From Tetramitus jugosus (taxonomy: Eukaryota; Protista; Heterolobosea): 64,000 nt of DNA. The notes beneath the pieces are model-generated. The model did no database searches and was not told the DNA's origin. It saw only the letters and a program-made list of their open reading frames with translations. The stretch lies in assembly GCA_937625935.1 (NCBI GenBank), contig OW569352.1, positions 186,001-250,000 on the forward strand, read 5' to 3'. The position numbers and the translations under genes are program-made. Positions 52,895 to 63,446 of this stretch are shown piece after piece; the first letter of the stretch is position 1; the number at the start of each line of letters is the position of its first letter.

Positions 52895-55124
52895 GCAGCA
52901 AGAACAATTGAGTCATACTTCCTCTAGTTTTACATCAATGATGGTGGAGAATAGTGGCACGAGTGGTGCACCTACAATGACTCCTCCCTCTTCTGTTGTT
53001 GGCCGCCTCACATCATTGCACAATTCAAATGATTTGTTGTTGAATGATGAAGACTTGAGTGATGCTAGACCATCATTGATGCTTATCGATCAACAAGCCT
53101 GTGAAAAACAAGAATTGACCACACAAGTACAGAATCATCATCATCATCATCACAAGAATGCACAAGAACCACAACAAAAACAAGAAATGGATGATGTGCT
53201 CGAAGATGAAGAAGATGAGGACGAAGAAGGAGATGAGGATGAAGACGTTCTGACATCCTCTGATGAAAACAAGCAAAAAACACAATCAAGTGTAGCAGGA
53301 GGAGTCACAACAACCAGTCAAAATAACTTGACTGGTTCTCTTGTGAACTCTGTGATGATTCAAAAGATGGACCGAAGAAAAAAGATTGGAAAGAAGCGAA
53401 AGTACGTCAAGAGTGGTCTCTACAGAAAAGACAGAAATGGCAATTTCATCTTTTCTAGTTCTGATAGAGCTCGATTGGCTGTCATTATTGAGAAACCAGA
53501 ACACAATCAAGAGTCTACTAACGGCAATATGGATGACGAAGACACACCTTATTCGTCCTCTATTGAGAGATCTCCATTGGGCTCTGCTGTGAGCACAAGT
53601 GGCTCTGAAGTTTCCTTTATGAATGGCACTTCTCATCATCATCACCACCATGAGAAGGTTGGCACATCTATGAGTGCTTCATCCTCCACTTGTTTGCCAA
53701 TGCTGGTCCCTGAATCATTTGTTCAATCATCGGAATTTTTGTTGTTTTGTAGGGAACAGCGCTCGCTGCTCTCCTCTAGTCTAGAAGATTACTCGAGTGA
53801 AGTTGTTGAATCATTGTTGATTGAACAGTGGAAAGTGTTACCTGCTGTAGAGAAGAGCAGGTATCAGGCATTGGCTCATGGTGGCTCTGTTCAACAGAGG
53901 GATCATTCATCTTTGAATGTCACCATTAATTCTCCACTCTCCTCCACAGCCATCCCAAATGTCAATAGTCCTACAACAACGAATGGTGGTAGTGCTGTGC
54001 TGTTGAACAGTAGCAGCAATAACAACAACAACATGACAAGTGGTGGTGGTGCAACATCATCCTCTGTGGACAATTCATCTGTCACATCGAGTACAAGTAG
54101 CACAGAGGTGTCTGATGGACAGAGCAATCAAAGAGTGAAGAGACCTTTGAACGCTTACAACATTTTCTGCAAGATGCACTTTGAAGAAGTGAAGGAGAAG
54201 AATCCAAACATGAGTATTAATGAACTCTCAAAACTCATGGGTGAAAAGTGGAAACAAATGACGGATCAAGACAAGAAACTGTACTATGACAAGGTAGAGC
54301 ACGGACAACCAAGGTACAAGAAGCCATTGAACTCTTATAATTTGTTTTGCAAGAAGAATTTTGAGGCATTGAAGAAGCAATATCCCAATCAGAGCATCAA
54401 CGTACTCTCAAAGATTATGGGAGAGAAGTGGAAGCGGTTACCAGCCGTTGAAAAGCAACAGTATGTCGAAAGAGCCAAGCAAATATCTGAGCAGCAGAGT
54501 ATGATGGACTTGCAACAGATGAACATGCACGTCGCTCAGAATACCAACAATAGCAACAACAATAGCAATAGTAGTAGCAACAATAGCAACAACCATGTGG
54601 CTGTTAATCATCACAATGCAAGTCACAACAGTCATCTAAACACTAGTCATGCCATTGCTGCTCACAACATTGATGTTCACAATCATCATCTCCACCATCT
54701 CCATCATCAACAACAGCAACAACAACAGTCGCATCACAACCTCCATCTCCATCATCAACACCACTATCATCCAACTCCAGATGCCAATGTTTCTCCCCTT
54801 GCCCTAGCCATTCCCATCCATAATAGCAACCTGCACCCCATGGCCAATCCAAATGCTATTTATTCATCGCCTCTTACTTTTTATCCCCCTAGTTTATTCA
54901 ATGGTGGCCATCACCAAACGCATGCAATGATACAGCCGAATGACGATCTGACATTTAATGGACAAATCCAGTTTGCGAACAGTGTTGCACCTTCAACAAC
55001 AACACCAGTGATGCAGCATCAACCATCTCCACAGCAACAGCAACAGCAGCAACAGCAGCAACAACAACACTACAACTCACTTTTTGCATCAATGGACTCT
55101 AGTGCCACTGACTTTTTCTCGTGA
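52284..55124 (+). CDS. HMG-box protein (two clear boxes, one degenerate) with poly-Q/N/H tracts
   Basis: VKRPLNAYNIFCK...ELSKLMGEKWKQMTDQDKKLY; KKPLNSYNLFCK...GEKWKRLPAVEKQQY; degenerate box FLLFCREQR...EQWKVLPAVEKSRY. Confidence 0.9.
52848..52906. repeat. (CAA)n microsatellite encoding poly-Q in the HMG protein
   Basis: Long CAA run. Confidence 0.85.
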
Positions 55125-55527
55125 TAGTTGTCTACACATTTGAGTATGGTTTGTTCCATTTATTCATATTTTTTCACCTTATTTTGACCTGACGGGAGCG
55201 CACCATGATACACAAGAGTACAATCGAGAGAAAGAAAGCGTGGACTATTATGATGACAAGGCTGACCAACTCCATATGTCGCTTTTTCATCCTAATAAAA
55301 CCGTACAACAACCTCGAACAGTGCTGCTGTTTAAGAATTGGGCAATCTGCCGAGCAGCCTGATTCTGTCCGATGAAGCAATTGTTTTAACTCAACCAACA
55401 ACAAAACACAAACATCTTAATTGACCTCCAGGTAAGTACTATGCTCATTTTTTCCTTGTCATTCCTATGTCTTTCACTTTTTCGAGCCGAAAAATACGCC
55501 CAAATACCGAATAAAAAACAATTACTT

Positions 55528-56319
55528 ATGATCAGATACCTACCCTCCCTCCGTCTGAGAAAATCAGTCGATGCCTCGCCCATAGTTGCAGACTTCTCGT
55601 CAAGCATCTTCCATTACTTTGGGAAGGACAGTCAGTGTTGTACCATGCAAATTCAGATTGAAGATCTGAAAGCGCCTCTCGAGATGACTATCCACCCGAC
55701 GGCAGATGATGACACGCATCTGTCTGGATCAGAAGTTGCCGTCATGATGGGACGTGCTCCTGATTGTCCCATGTTTCAACTCAATACCAATCCTGATCTA
55801 AGGACAGATTGGAATCAGCTCAAGGACCTCAATTCAAACAAGTGTACTTTGGTCGGAATGGCCGTTCTTATCGAGGATCAAATTCGGCAGCAAGTTCTAA
55901 TTACACAACGTCAGAGTCATATGAGATCATTCAAGGGCGAGTGGGTGTTACCAGGCGGTCACTTTGAATCGTCCGATAAATCATGGAAGCATGCTGCTGC
56001 TCGAGAAGTACAGGAGGAGGTTGGACTTGTTCTTGATCCTGAAACATTTCAACTGTTTGCTGCATGGGAATCAGTGTTTCCTACTCGGTTGACAACTGGT
56101 CTTCCAACGAGACATCACCTTGTGCTTTATTACTACGCAAGGTGGAGTGAAGAACGACCACCACTGCTTACTCTTCAAGAGGAAGAAGTAAAACAAGCAT
56201 TGTGGTTCGATAGAGAGCGAGTGATACAAGAGTTGGGGAGCGATCGATTAGTGATTACTCAGGGCACAAAGTTTTGTCTCGAGAGATGGTTAGACCTCAC
56301 ACCAAATTCACAAGATTAA
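55528..56319 (+). CDS. NUDT17: Nudix hydrolase, NUDT17-like
   Basis: LITQRQSHMRSF..WVLPGGH..AAAREVQEEVGL (Nudix box) and WESVFP..L..GLP.RHHLVLY. Confidence 0.85.
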   Translation: MIRYLPSLRLRKSVDASPIVADFSSSIFHYFGKDSQCCTMQIQIEDLKAPLEMTIHPTADDDTHLSGSEVAVMMGRAPDCPMFQLNTNPDLRTDWNQLKDLNSNKCTLVGMAVLIEDQIRQQVLITQRQSHMRSFKGEWVLPGGHFESSDKSWKHAAAREVQEEVGLVLDPETFQLFAAWESVFPTRLTTGLPTRHHLVLYYYARWSEERPPLLTLQEEEVKQALWFDRERVIQELGSDRLVITQGTKFCLERWLDLTPNSQD

Positions 56320-56323
56320 AAAT

Positions 56324-58504
56324 TTACTTCCTTTTGCAATACCGAAGACAGTAGCTCAGCATTAAGGTTACGGGTAGTGCAACAAATCCCATTACAAACA
56401 GTATCGCTAATGGTCGAATGGTTGGGAATTGATCATACAGTTGCATAATCATATGCTCCTCCCAGGTAATGTTCTTTCTTGCGACACCGTACCATTGGAA
56501 GAAGTTTGCTTTTCGATTGTTTGCCATGTTAAACTTGAGAATCCCATAGTTTGTTCCCAGGAATTGTTGGAGTGGTAATCCAGGTTGATTCACCTGTTGT
56601 TGCAAGTACCATGATCCCGCATGGATCGATGGTTGCAAATAACGATTCACTCCATAGAACAATAGTAGTTTCATCTCGCCCAACACTGATGATCCATTGG
56701 TAATACCACTGGTTGCCATCTGATCGAGGCACACTGGAATGGCAGACATGTTGCAGATGCGACTCTGGAAGAATTGATGAATGTCACCACCGACGAGTTT
56801 GATGTCTCTGTTTGGATTGTTAATCTTGAATTGACCGAGCATGTTCAATAGACGAATCGTGTCAGGTAGCATGTCACGATGTGTGCTGTACCTCTCCTTC
56901 TCCACTGCATACACGAGTTGAGACATGGTCTGACTCAGGAACAACACTGGTGTCGATGACAGGAGAACAGTGAGCCGATTGGACATTGAGCACGTGTTCA
57001 ACTCATTCTCTAACCAATTGAATTGTTCTTGACCAATCAAGAAGGGCAATGATGAATCATTATCATCATCATATGCTCTCTCAAATCTAAAGTCCAAGAA
57101 GAGGAAGCAAGTGTTGAGCATTTGTTTTGAAAAGTAGACTCGCTTGTACGCATGAGAGGAAACATTGTCATCATCAGTGTCATTGTTGTTCAGAGGAGCA
57201 GCATCATGATGATCTGTTTGTGCACGATTCGACGACAAGTTGGACTCATTATTCTCTTGTTGTTGTGCTTCTTCTTCTTCTTCTTGTTGTTCTTGTTCTT
57301 CTTGTTGTTCTTGTTGTTCTTGTTGTTCTTGTTGTTGATTCACATGAATGTAATGTACGTGATTATTCACAGTCCTATTGTTATCAACATGCTGAGTGGA
57401 ATGTTGTTGTAATGTCGACTCGAGTCGCAATGCATATTGATATTCGTAGAATGCGATACGACCTGCCATTCTCACTCGATCTCTAATCATCATTGTTTGC
57501 CTTCGATGAGTAGTAGATACAGATGATGATTCATGATCCAGATTATTAAACACATCGTGATCATCTGGTATCATCCAATGAGCACCCACTCTCATCAATT
57601 GTTTCATTGACGGGTGATTCCATGTACTTCTATACACATTTCTATACATTTCAATCACTGTATCCAAACTAGGTATCATCTGATCATCATGATTATCAAC
57701 ACTCGTATCACTAGCAGTAGTAGTAGTAGTAGTAGTAGCATCGCTAGTAGTAGTAGTAGTATCACTAGCAGTAGAATGGTGAGTGTCTGATGATAATGAT
57801 GATAGCAGCAACAGTTGTTTGAGAATAGAGTCAGCATAGATTTGATCTCCCAAGTGAATCATTCCCAACCGATCCGATTCATCTCTAATCATTTGTTGAA
57901 TCATAATGTCATCCATGTCTTCATACAGTCGATTGCATGACACGACTAGAATCTTTTCATTTCGATTCTTATTATTATTATGGTGATTGTTGTTGTTGTT
58001 GTTGTTGTTGTTGTCGTCAAGAGTTCTAAAGGTCACGTTGATGAATGATTGATGATTCCATGTCAGTGTGTAATGAGTGTTTGATTTCAATTGATTCAAT
58101 TGTAGGATATTGTAGGGTGGTGACCACCGTTGTGATGATGCTGATGCTGATGATGCTGCTGATGCTGCTGATGATGATGAAGAATAGTGATTGTTGATGT
58201 GTGACAATGGTGAGGAGGATGGTGGTAGATGATGATCCAATAGCAAGTGCAAGTCATGATCATTGATTGAATCATGTTCATACAATTGAACAGAATGATG
58301 ATGATCAGCAGTGGTGGTGGTGGTGGTGGTGGACAAATCTTCATACAGTATTCTCACCTTGTCATGAGACACGTCTCCCATGACCAACAGAAAGTGATCC
58401 TCCTGACTCGTGATACTGCTACATTGTACCACCACTGCAGTCGATATCAACAGAATCAATGTAACTGCAATCACCAACAAATTCTTGTATTGTTGTTGTT
58501 TCAT
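56324..58504 (-). CDS. PhoD-like alkaline phosphatase/phosphodiesterase, type I membrane topology
   Basis: Signal peptide; VVSCN, HLGDQIYAD, IPDDHD, LDFRFER, IGQEQF, GGDIH; C-terminal TM. Confidence 0.85.
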   Translation of the reverse strand: MKQQQYKNLLVIAVTLILLISTAVVVQCSSITSQEDHFLLVMGDVSHDKVRILYEDLSTTTTTTTADHHHSVQLYEHDSINDHDLHLLLDHHLPPSSSPLSHINNHYSSSSSAASAASSASASSQRWSPPYNILQLNQLKSNTHYTLTWNHQSFINVTFRTLDDNNNNNNNNNHHNNNKNRNEKILVVSCNRLYEDMDDIMIQQMIRDESDRLGMIHLGDQIYADSILKQLLLLSSLSSDTHHSTASDTTTTTSDATTTTTTTASDTSVDNHDDQMIPSLDTVIEMYRNVYRSTWNHPSMKQLMRVGAHWMIPDDHDVFNNLDHESSSVSTTHRRQTMMIRDRVRMAGRIAFYEYQYALRLESTLQQHSTQHVDNNRTVNNHVHYIHVNQQQEQQEQQEQQEEQEQQEEEEEAQQQENNESNLSSNRAQTDHHDAAPLNNNDTDDDNVSSHAYKRVYFSKQMLNTCFLFLDFRFERAYDDDNDSSLPFLIGQEQFNWLENELNTCSMSNRLTVLLSSTPVLFLSQTMSQLVYAVEKERYSTHRDMLPDTIRLLNMLGQFKINNPNRDIKLVGGDIHQFFQSRICNMSAIPVCLDQMATSGITNGSSVLGEMKLLLFYGVNRYLQPSIHAGSWYLQQQVNQPGLPLQQFLGTNYGILKFNMANNRKANFFQWYGVARKNITWEEHMIMQLYDQFPTIRPLAILFVMGFVALPVTLMLSYCLRYCKRK
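57258..57336. repeat. CTT / CTTGTTGTT tandem repeat (coding EQQ tract in PhoD)
   Basis: Visible 3-nt and 9-nt tandem units. Confidence 0.8.
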
Positions 58505-58586
58505 GTTGTTTGGTTGTTGTTTCTCAGTGGTTTTTAGTCGGAAACATTTACAGAAAACTGTGTAGGTGTCTGTCAAACGAAAAAAG

Positions 58587-61130
58587 ATGAATGGCTATTC
58601 AAGTGATGATTTCGAAGATGATTTCGATGAAGATTTCGAAGTAGACATCTCCACACAACAACATCCTTCGTACGCAATGACAACTCAGAATAATGATGAT
58701 GATCTGTATGACGAAGATGATGATGACGACAGCAGGGGCTATGAAGGATACTCATCCTATAACAGTCCCAACAACAACACTAGTGATATGACAAGAGATG
58801 CATACCAGATGAATGAGTCTATCGTTGATGACATTTATGGAAGTACAACTACGAGCCACACGGAGGAGAGCCTTCATGACAATGATCATCAAAACGTCTT
58901 TCCTCATTCCTCTAGAGAGTTTCGATCTGATATGAAAGTAGTTAAGCAAGATACAACAGAAAATGGTATCAAGTTCGAGAACTTAGAGGGCTTCCAAAGA
59001 TACGAAGTACCAGAGAGTGATGATGATGAACAGGAAGAAGAAGCGAAAGAACATGAGAATAGCAAGACGAAGGACGAAATATATGAGTTTGAACAACTGG
59101 AAGGACTTCAAACATATGTCGTAGGAGATAGTTCTTCAGAGGCGTCAGATGATGAGCAAGTGACTCATGCTTATCCTTCTCAACAAGTTCATCACTGGCC
59201 CACTGCTGGTTCTATCCCTTTGCAAGGAGAAAACCTCAGAGAATCAACGCTAGAGACCTATCAAGGAAACATGAAAGAAAAGCAGGAAGAAAATTTTGAG
59301 AGAATAGGACTTAAATCATGTACATTTTCAGGTAACGATTCTGAATCGTCTTCATCCACTTCCCAATCTCCTCAACATGGAGCACGGGAAAAGGAAGATC
59401 AGATACAAAAAGAAACCAACCCAGCTCGGATGATAGAGGGTCTTCCTATGGAGAAGCTCTCTTCCAATCCCATTGCTTCCATAGATGCTCTAACATCTGT
59501 ACGTTCCTTACCACAGAGTCATCCTAACCTAGGCATAGCTTTTTCACAGTTGCAACCGAATAATGGCATGAATGGCCCAAGTGTTAAGAATGTACTGTTT
59601 CAAGAACCGAACAAAACAGGAGAGAAACTTGTTAGTGAAAGTAAAGAGAAGAGAGATACAGAAAGAAGGGAATTACCTTTTTCATTAAGGGCTGATGATG
59701 GTCTGAACCTTAATGAAGAACGAGACACTCTCCTAACCACTCAGCCAATGAGTCAACGGAGTCACACCAAAAACCACAAGTTGAGTTCAGGAAGAGAGAG
59801 TACTTATGATCAAAATCCCAAGGTCTCACTTCATAGATATGAAAATAGCTTGTTGTCCGAGAGTTTAACCTCCAACAACTTTAGTACTAGTTTCCCTTCC
59901 AGAGAAGGCCGACCAATGGATCCAATCTATTCCCGCCGAGAAACCGTACATGTTTATCCAACCAATAGAAAACCAACCTATGATGGTCTTCAGTGGAATA
60001 GGAATGAGGATGTACAGTTCGATAGAGAACCACCAAACTTTGACTATAGACCATATTGTCCTGACAACGGATCAAGAGACATACCCAGTCAAGTTAGAAA
60101 AGAGAGAGAACTCGGAATTCACGAACACCTGAGAGATGAAGCACTGTTGGGAGTTATCATGAAGTTGTATTATAACAATACGATTATTCCCGGAGGTAAG
60201 AGGGGATACACAAGTACATACTCCAGAATTCACAACACAACAAGCAGAAACAACTATTATCTGACGGAATCAGAGAGTCATACCGTGTCACCTCGGACAA
60301 ATCTCTCAGAAAGTCGAAAGAGGATCCAAAACTTTGCCGGGAAGAGAAATGTGAAGAGGAACGATGTTACATCGAGAATTGCCTCCAGGAATGAAGAATA
60401 TGATATAGAAAATGAATTTATGGATAGTGAATCCATGTCCCAAATTGTACTTGAACAGGTGTTGAAACTGTCAAATTCTCTCGACGTTATGAAGAGACAG
60501 TCGATACTGTTTCCTCTTTTGTTGGATTTGTGCGAATCACTATCTCAATGCCTGCTCAGCACGACAGAAGAGCAAGACTGTATCTCCTACATAGTATACA
60601 ACGGCTCGATCTCAACGAATACTTTCTCTATCCACCAGAAACTAATGTCTATACTTCCCTTCTCCTCATCATTCCATCAATCTGGTCAACCAGTCAAATA
60701 CAAACTTGATTACTGGTTAACAAGAGAGCATATTAATGTTCTAATTGTGATTTGTTGTAAAATATTGCGGATTGAAAGTCAAGGACCATCCAATCACTCT
60801 CTCATTCCCAAGCCATTGTACACTGCAGAAATTGGTCCAAAGTTCACAAATTCTGAACCACTCTCCAACAACAGCAGAACAAAAGTGTCCCAAGATGGCA
60901 GAATCCCAACATCAATAGGGCTGAATCAAATGATCGAGCAGGACATAACATTTCAAATCGAGGCCAAATTGTTTCACTTGACGGGAGATTACCGAAGCAG
61001 AAGACCTCAGCTGGTCCAAGAACAGCTGGAGGACACATTGAACGAAATGCTCAGGGATTCATCGATTCAAGATCTTCTCGTCAAGAGAGTAGTGAATAAA
61101 ATGATGTCAAGTCGATCATTTTATTATTAA
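58587..61130 (+). CDS. Hypothetical protein (about 850 aa), acidic disordered N-terminus
   Basis: Long ORF with first ATG at 58587; no family recognised. Confidence 0.7.
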   Translation: MNGYSSDDFEDDFDEDFEVDISTQQHPSYAMTTQNNDDDLYDEDDDDDSRGYEGYSSYNSPNNNTSDMTRDAYQMNESIVDDIYGSTTTSHTEESLHDNDHQNVFPHSSREFRSDMKVVKQDTTENGIKFENLEGFQRYEVPESDDDEQEEEAKEHENSKTKDEIYEFEQLEGLQTYVVGDSSSEASDDEQVTHAYPSQQVHHWPTAGSIPLQGENLRESTLETYQGNMKEKQEENFERIGLKSCTFSGNDSESSSSTSQSPQHGAREKEDQIQKETNPARMIEGLPMEKLSSNPIASIDALTSVRSLPQSHPNLGIAFSQLQPNNGMNGPSVKNVLFQEPNKTGEKLVSESKEKRDTERRELPFSLRADDGLNLNEERDTLLTTQPMSQRSHTKNHKLSSGRESTYDQNPKVSLHRYENSLLSESLTSNNFSTSFPSREGRPMDPIYSRRETVHVYPTNRKPTYDGLQWNRNEDVQFDREPPNFDYRPYCPDNGSRDIPSQVRKERELGIHEHLRDEALLGVIMKLYYNNTIIPGGKRGYTSTYSRIHNTTSRNNYYLTESESHTVSPRTNLSESRKRIQNFAGKRNVKRNDVTSRIASRNEEYDIENEFMDSESMSQIVLEQVLKLSNSLDVMKRQSILFPLLLDLCESLSQCLLSTTEEQDCISYIVYNGSISTNTFSIHQKLMSILPFSSSFHQSGQPVKYKLDYWLTREHINVLIVICCKILRIESQGPSNHSLIPKPLYTAEIGPKFTNSEPLSNNSRTKVSQDGRIPTSIGLNQMIEQDITFQIEAKLFHLTGDYRSRRPQLVQEQLEDTLNEMLRDSSIQDLLVKRVVNKMMSSRSFYY

Positions 61131-61253
61131 AATATATGCAGATTGATTGGTTGTGTCAGCTAGTCAGTCAGTCATTCATTTGTTGTACATTTCATTTGTG
61201 TTGTGCGTGTGTGCAGATTCATTGGAGGTCTCGAGAGACACTCTAGAATCTAT

Positions 61254-63446
61254 TCACTCCTGATTCACCAATTGTAGATTGTTCATGACAGACAAGTATT
61301 CAACATCTTGAATCGTGCGCTCCTGAGGATATCGAGTCAATAGAACACTACCTGTCAACAATGAGTGTTGCACAGTGGCACTGTGCTCTCTCTCTAATCG
61401 ATTCAAATCATTGGCTACACTTCTCAACTGATTGACATACTCTTGTTCTTCAGGTGTTCTGTCCGCTGCCTTCTTGCTCAATATTTCATGTGCTCTCTTT
61501 GCAACCAGTTCTTGTAGTTGAATCTGTTGATTGGCAGCAGTCATGGATGGAGATGACTTTGGTAGTTGTGCTTGTTGCTGTTGTTGTTGTGCAGTAATGA
61601 CACCAGATGTGTGCAATTGAGTCAAGTATTCGTTGACCATGTCATTGACATACTCTCTCTCAATCTGTGTCCTGTGTTGTTCAGGTATCAGGAAGATGCA
61701 TGTTCCACTGGCCAAGCTGTACTCTGGTTTGACATTGTGTCTCTGAGTGTGATTCAACAGAGCATTCGTGTACTGTTGCATGGCCAACACATAGGCTTGT
61801 TCCTCTGGTGTGCGATGCTTGGGATCCTTGAGAAAGATTTCTGTGGCACTCATGGCAATATCGTATTCATCGTCTTCGGACACGAGTAGCAAGTTGCCAC
61901 CACTACCACCACTACCACCACTCGTAGAAGATGATGATTGTTGATTGGCACCAGTAGTAGAAGAAGAAGAGGATGATGATTGTTGATGATGATTCAAATG
62001 AGATGACTTGTAGCTGCTGGGAGTGGTGGCTGTTGTTGTCAATGGAACAAGTGCAGCTGCACTGCTACTGGCTGCCAACAGTCGATGAAGACTGGCAGAT
62101 TTGATGTGAAGTGGTTGTTGAGAGATGGGACGATGGAATTGAACACTACCAGAGCCTTCATCATCATCATCATCATCATCACCATCATCATCACCACCAC
62201 CTGCACTCTCGTCATCATCACCTTTTACAATAATATTCTTTTCATCTTCATATCCATCATCATCCTCACCGTCATGCTCACCGCCGTCATCATTACCACC
62301 ATTTGTCGTATGATTCTCAACAGAAGCAGCAGCAGCAGCAGCAGCTAATTGTTGTTGTTGTAATGCTTGTTGCAACTTTAATTGTTCCATCAATTGTCGA
62401 ATCATTTGCATCCATTCGTTCATTTCATTGGCACTCGATGCTCTGAAACAGTGAACAGTGTCTGGATTGGTCAACATGAAAATATTCTTTTTGCTGCTGG
62501 CAGTGTTGGTAGTGACATTGGTGGTACTCGTGGGACTCATACTCGCCAATGCACTCAACAAACTATTGCTGTTGCTGCTGCTACTCTTGCTGTTGTGACT
62601 ACTGCCACCTGTTTTACTCGTGCTACTATTGTTGTCACTAGTAGAGTGATCATTGTCACTCAATTTGAATTGAATGTCTGATGATGACTGTTGTTGTGAC
62701 TGTTGTGATTGTTGTTGTGCTGCAGTCGTAGTAAACATAATTTTACCATTCATGGGTTCATTGGCCAAATAGTGAATCATGTCCATCTCTGTCATAATGT
62801 TGTTGCTGTTCATATTGCCACGAGTATAGTAGTATTCAATACCATCGGGTACCAACTTTAAGAAACACTTTTTCCATGCCTTCTTGTTGGCACTCTCCTT
62901 GCTCAATAGACCAACCTTGTACACTGTAGGTGAACGTTGGTCCAATGACTGTTGTGTGTCCATGATGACAATGGCATTGTTGCTACTGTTGTTGTTGTTG
63001 CTATTGTTGTTGTAGTTGTGATTGTAGTTGGAATGGCTTGAACTAGTGTCTTGATGATGATGATTGGATTGTTGATGATGAGTGAGTGGTGATGAATTGA
63101 TGGGAGAGTGATTAAAGTGATTACTGTTGTTATTGTTGTTCGATGATGATGATGATGAGTGCTTGGGTGTCAAGTTTCCACTGCTGCTACTACTGCTCGT
63201 ATCATTTGCATTGTCACTCCAATTGTCACCTGATGTTCTTCTGGGAGTGTTGGGAGAACTCCGTGGAGAATCAAAAATGTTTTGATTGTTGTTGTTGTTG
63301 CTGTTGGCTGTTGTCGGTGTTGGTGAATTGTTGTTGTTGTTACTATTATTGTTGGAAGCAGTGTCAGTCACGTTACTGTTCGTGTCCTTGGTCTTCCCAC
63401 TGCCACTACCTGGTTTTTTCACTTTGAAAATGTTGAATTTCTTCAT
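61254..63446 (-). CDS. PH-domain protein with low-complexity inserts and a duplicated C-terminal repeat
   Basis: Split PH domain KVGLLSKES..KKAWKKCFLKL...IEYY / HCFRASSANEMNEWMQMIR. Probable start MKKFNIFK at 63446. Confidence 0.8.
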   Translation of the reverse strand: MKKFNIFKVKKPGSGSGKTKDTNSNVTDTASNNNSNNNNNSPTPTTANSNNNNNQNIFDSPRSSPNTPRRTSGDNWSDNANDTSSSSSSGNLTPKHSSSSSSNNNNNSNHFNHSPINSSPLTHHQQSNHHHQDTSSSHSNYNHNYNNNSNNNNSSNNAIVIMDTQQSLDQRSPTVYKVGLLSKESANKKAWKKCFLKLVPDGIEYYYTRGNMNSNNIMTEMDMIHYLANEPMNGKIMFTTTAAQQQSQQSQQQSSSDIQFKLSDNDHSTSDNNSSTSKTGGSSHNSKSSSSNSNSLLSALASMSPTSTTNVTTNTASSKKNIFMLTNPDTVHCFRASSANEMNEWMQMIRQLMEQLKLQQALQQQQLAAAAAAASVENHTTNGGNDDGGEHDGEDDDGYEDEKNIIVKGDDDESAGGGDDDGDDDDDDDEGSGSVQFHRPISQQPLHIKSASLHRLLAASSSAAALVPLTTTATTPSSYKSSHLNHHQQSSSSSSSTTGANQQSSSSTSGGSGGSGGNLLLVSEDDEYDIAMSATEIFLKDPKHRTPEEQAYVLAMQQYTNALLNHTQRHNVKPEYSLASGTCIFLIPEQHRTQIEREYVNDMVNEYLTQLHTSGVITAQQQQQQAQLPKSSPSMTAANQQIQLQELVAKRAHEILSKKAADRTPEEQEYVNQLRSVANDLNRLEREHSATVQHSLLTGSVLLTRYPQERTIQDVEYLSVMNNLQLVNQE

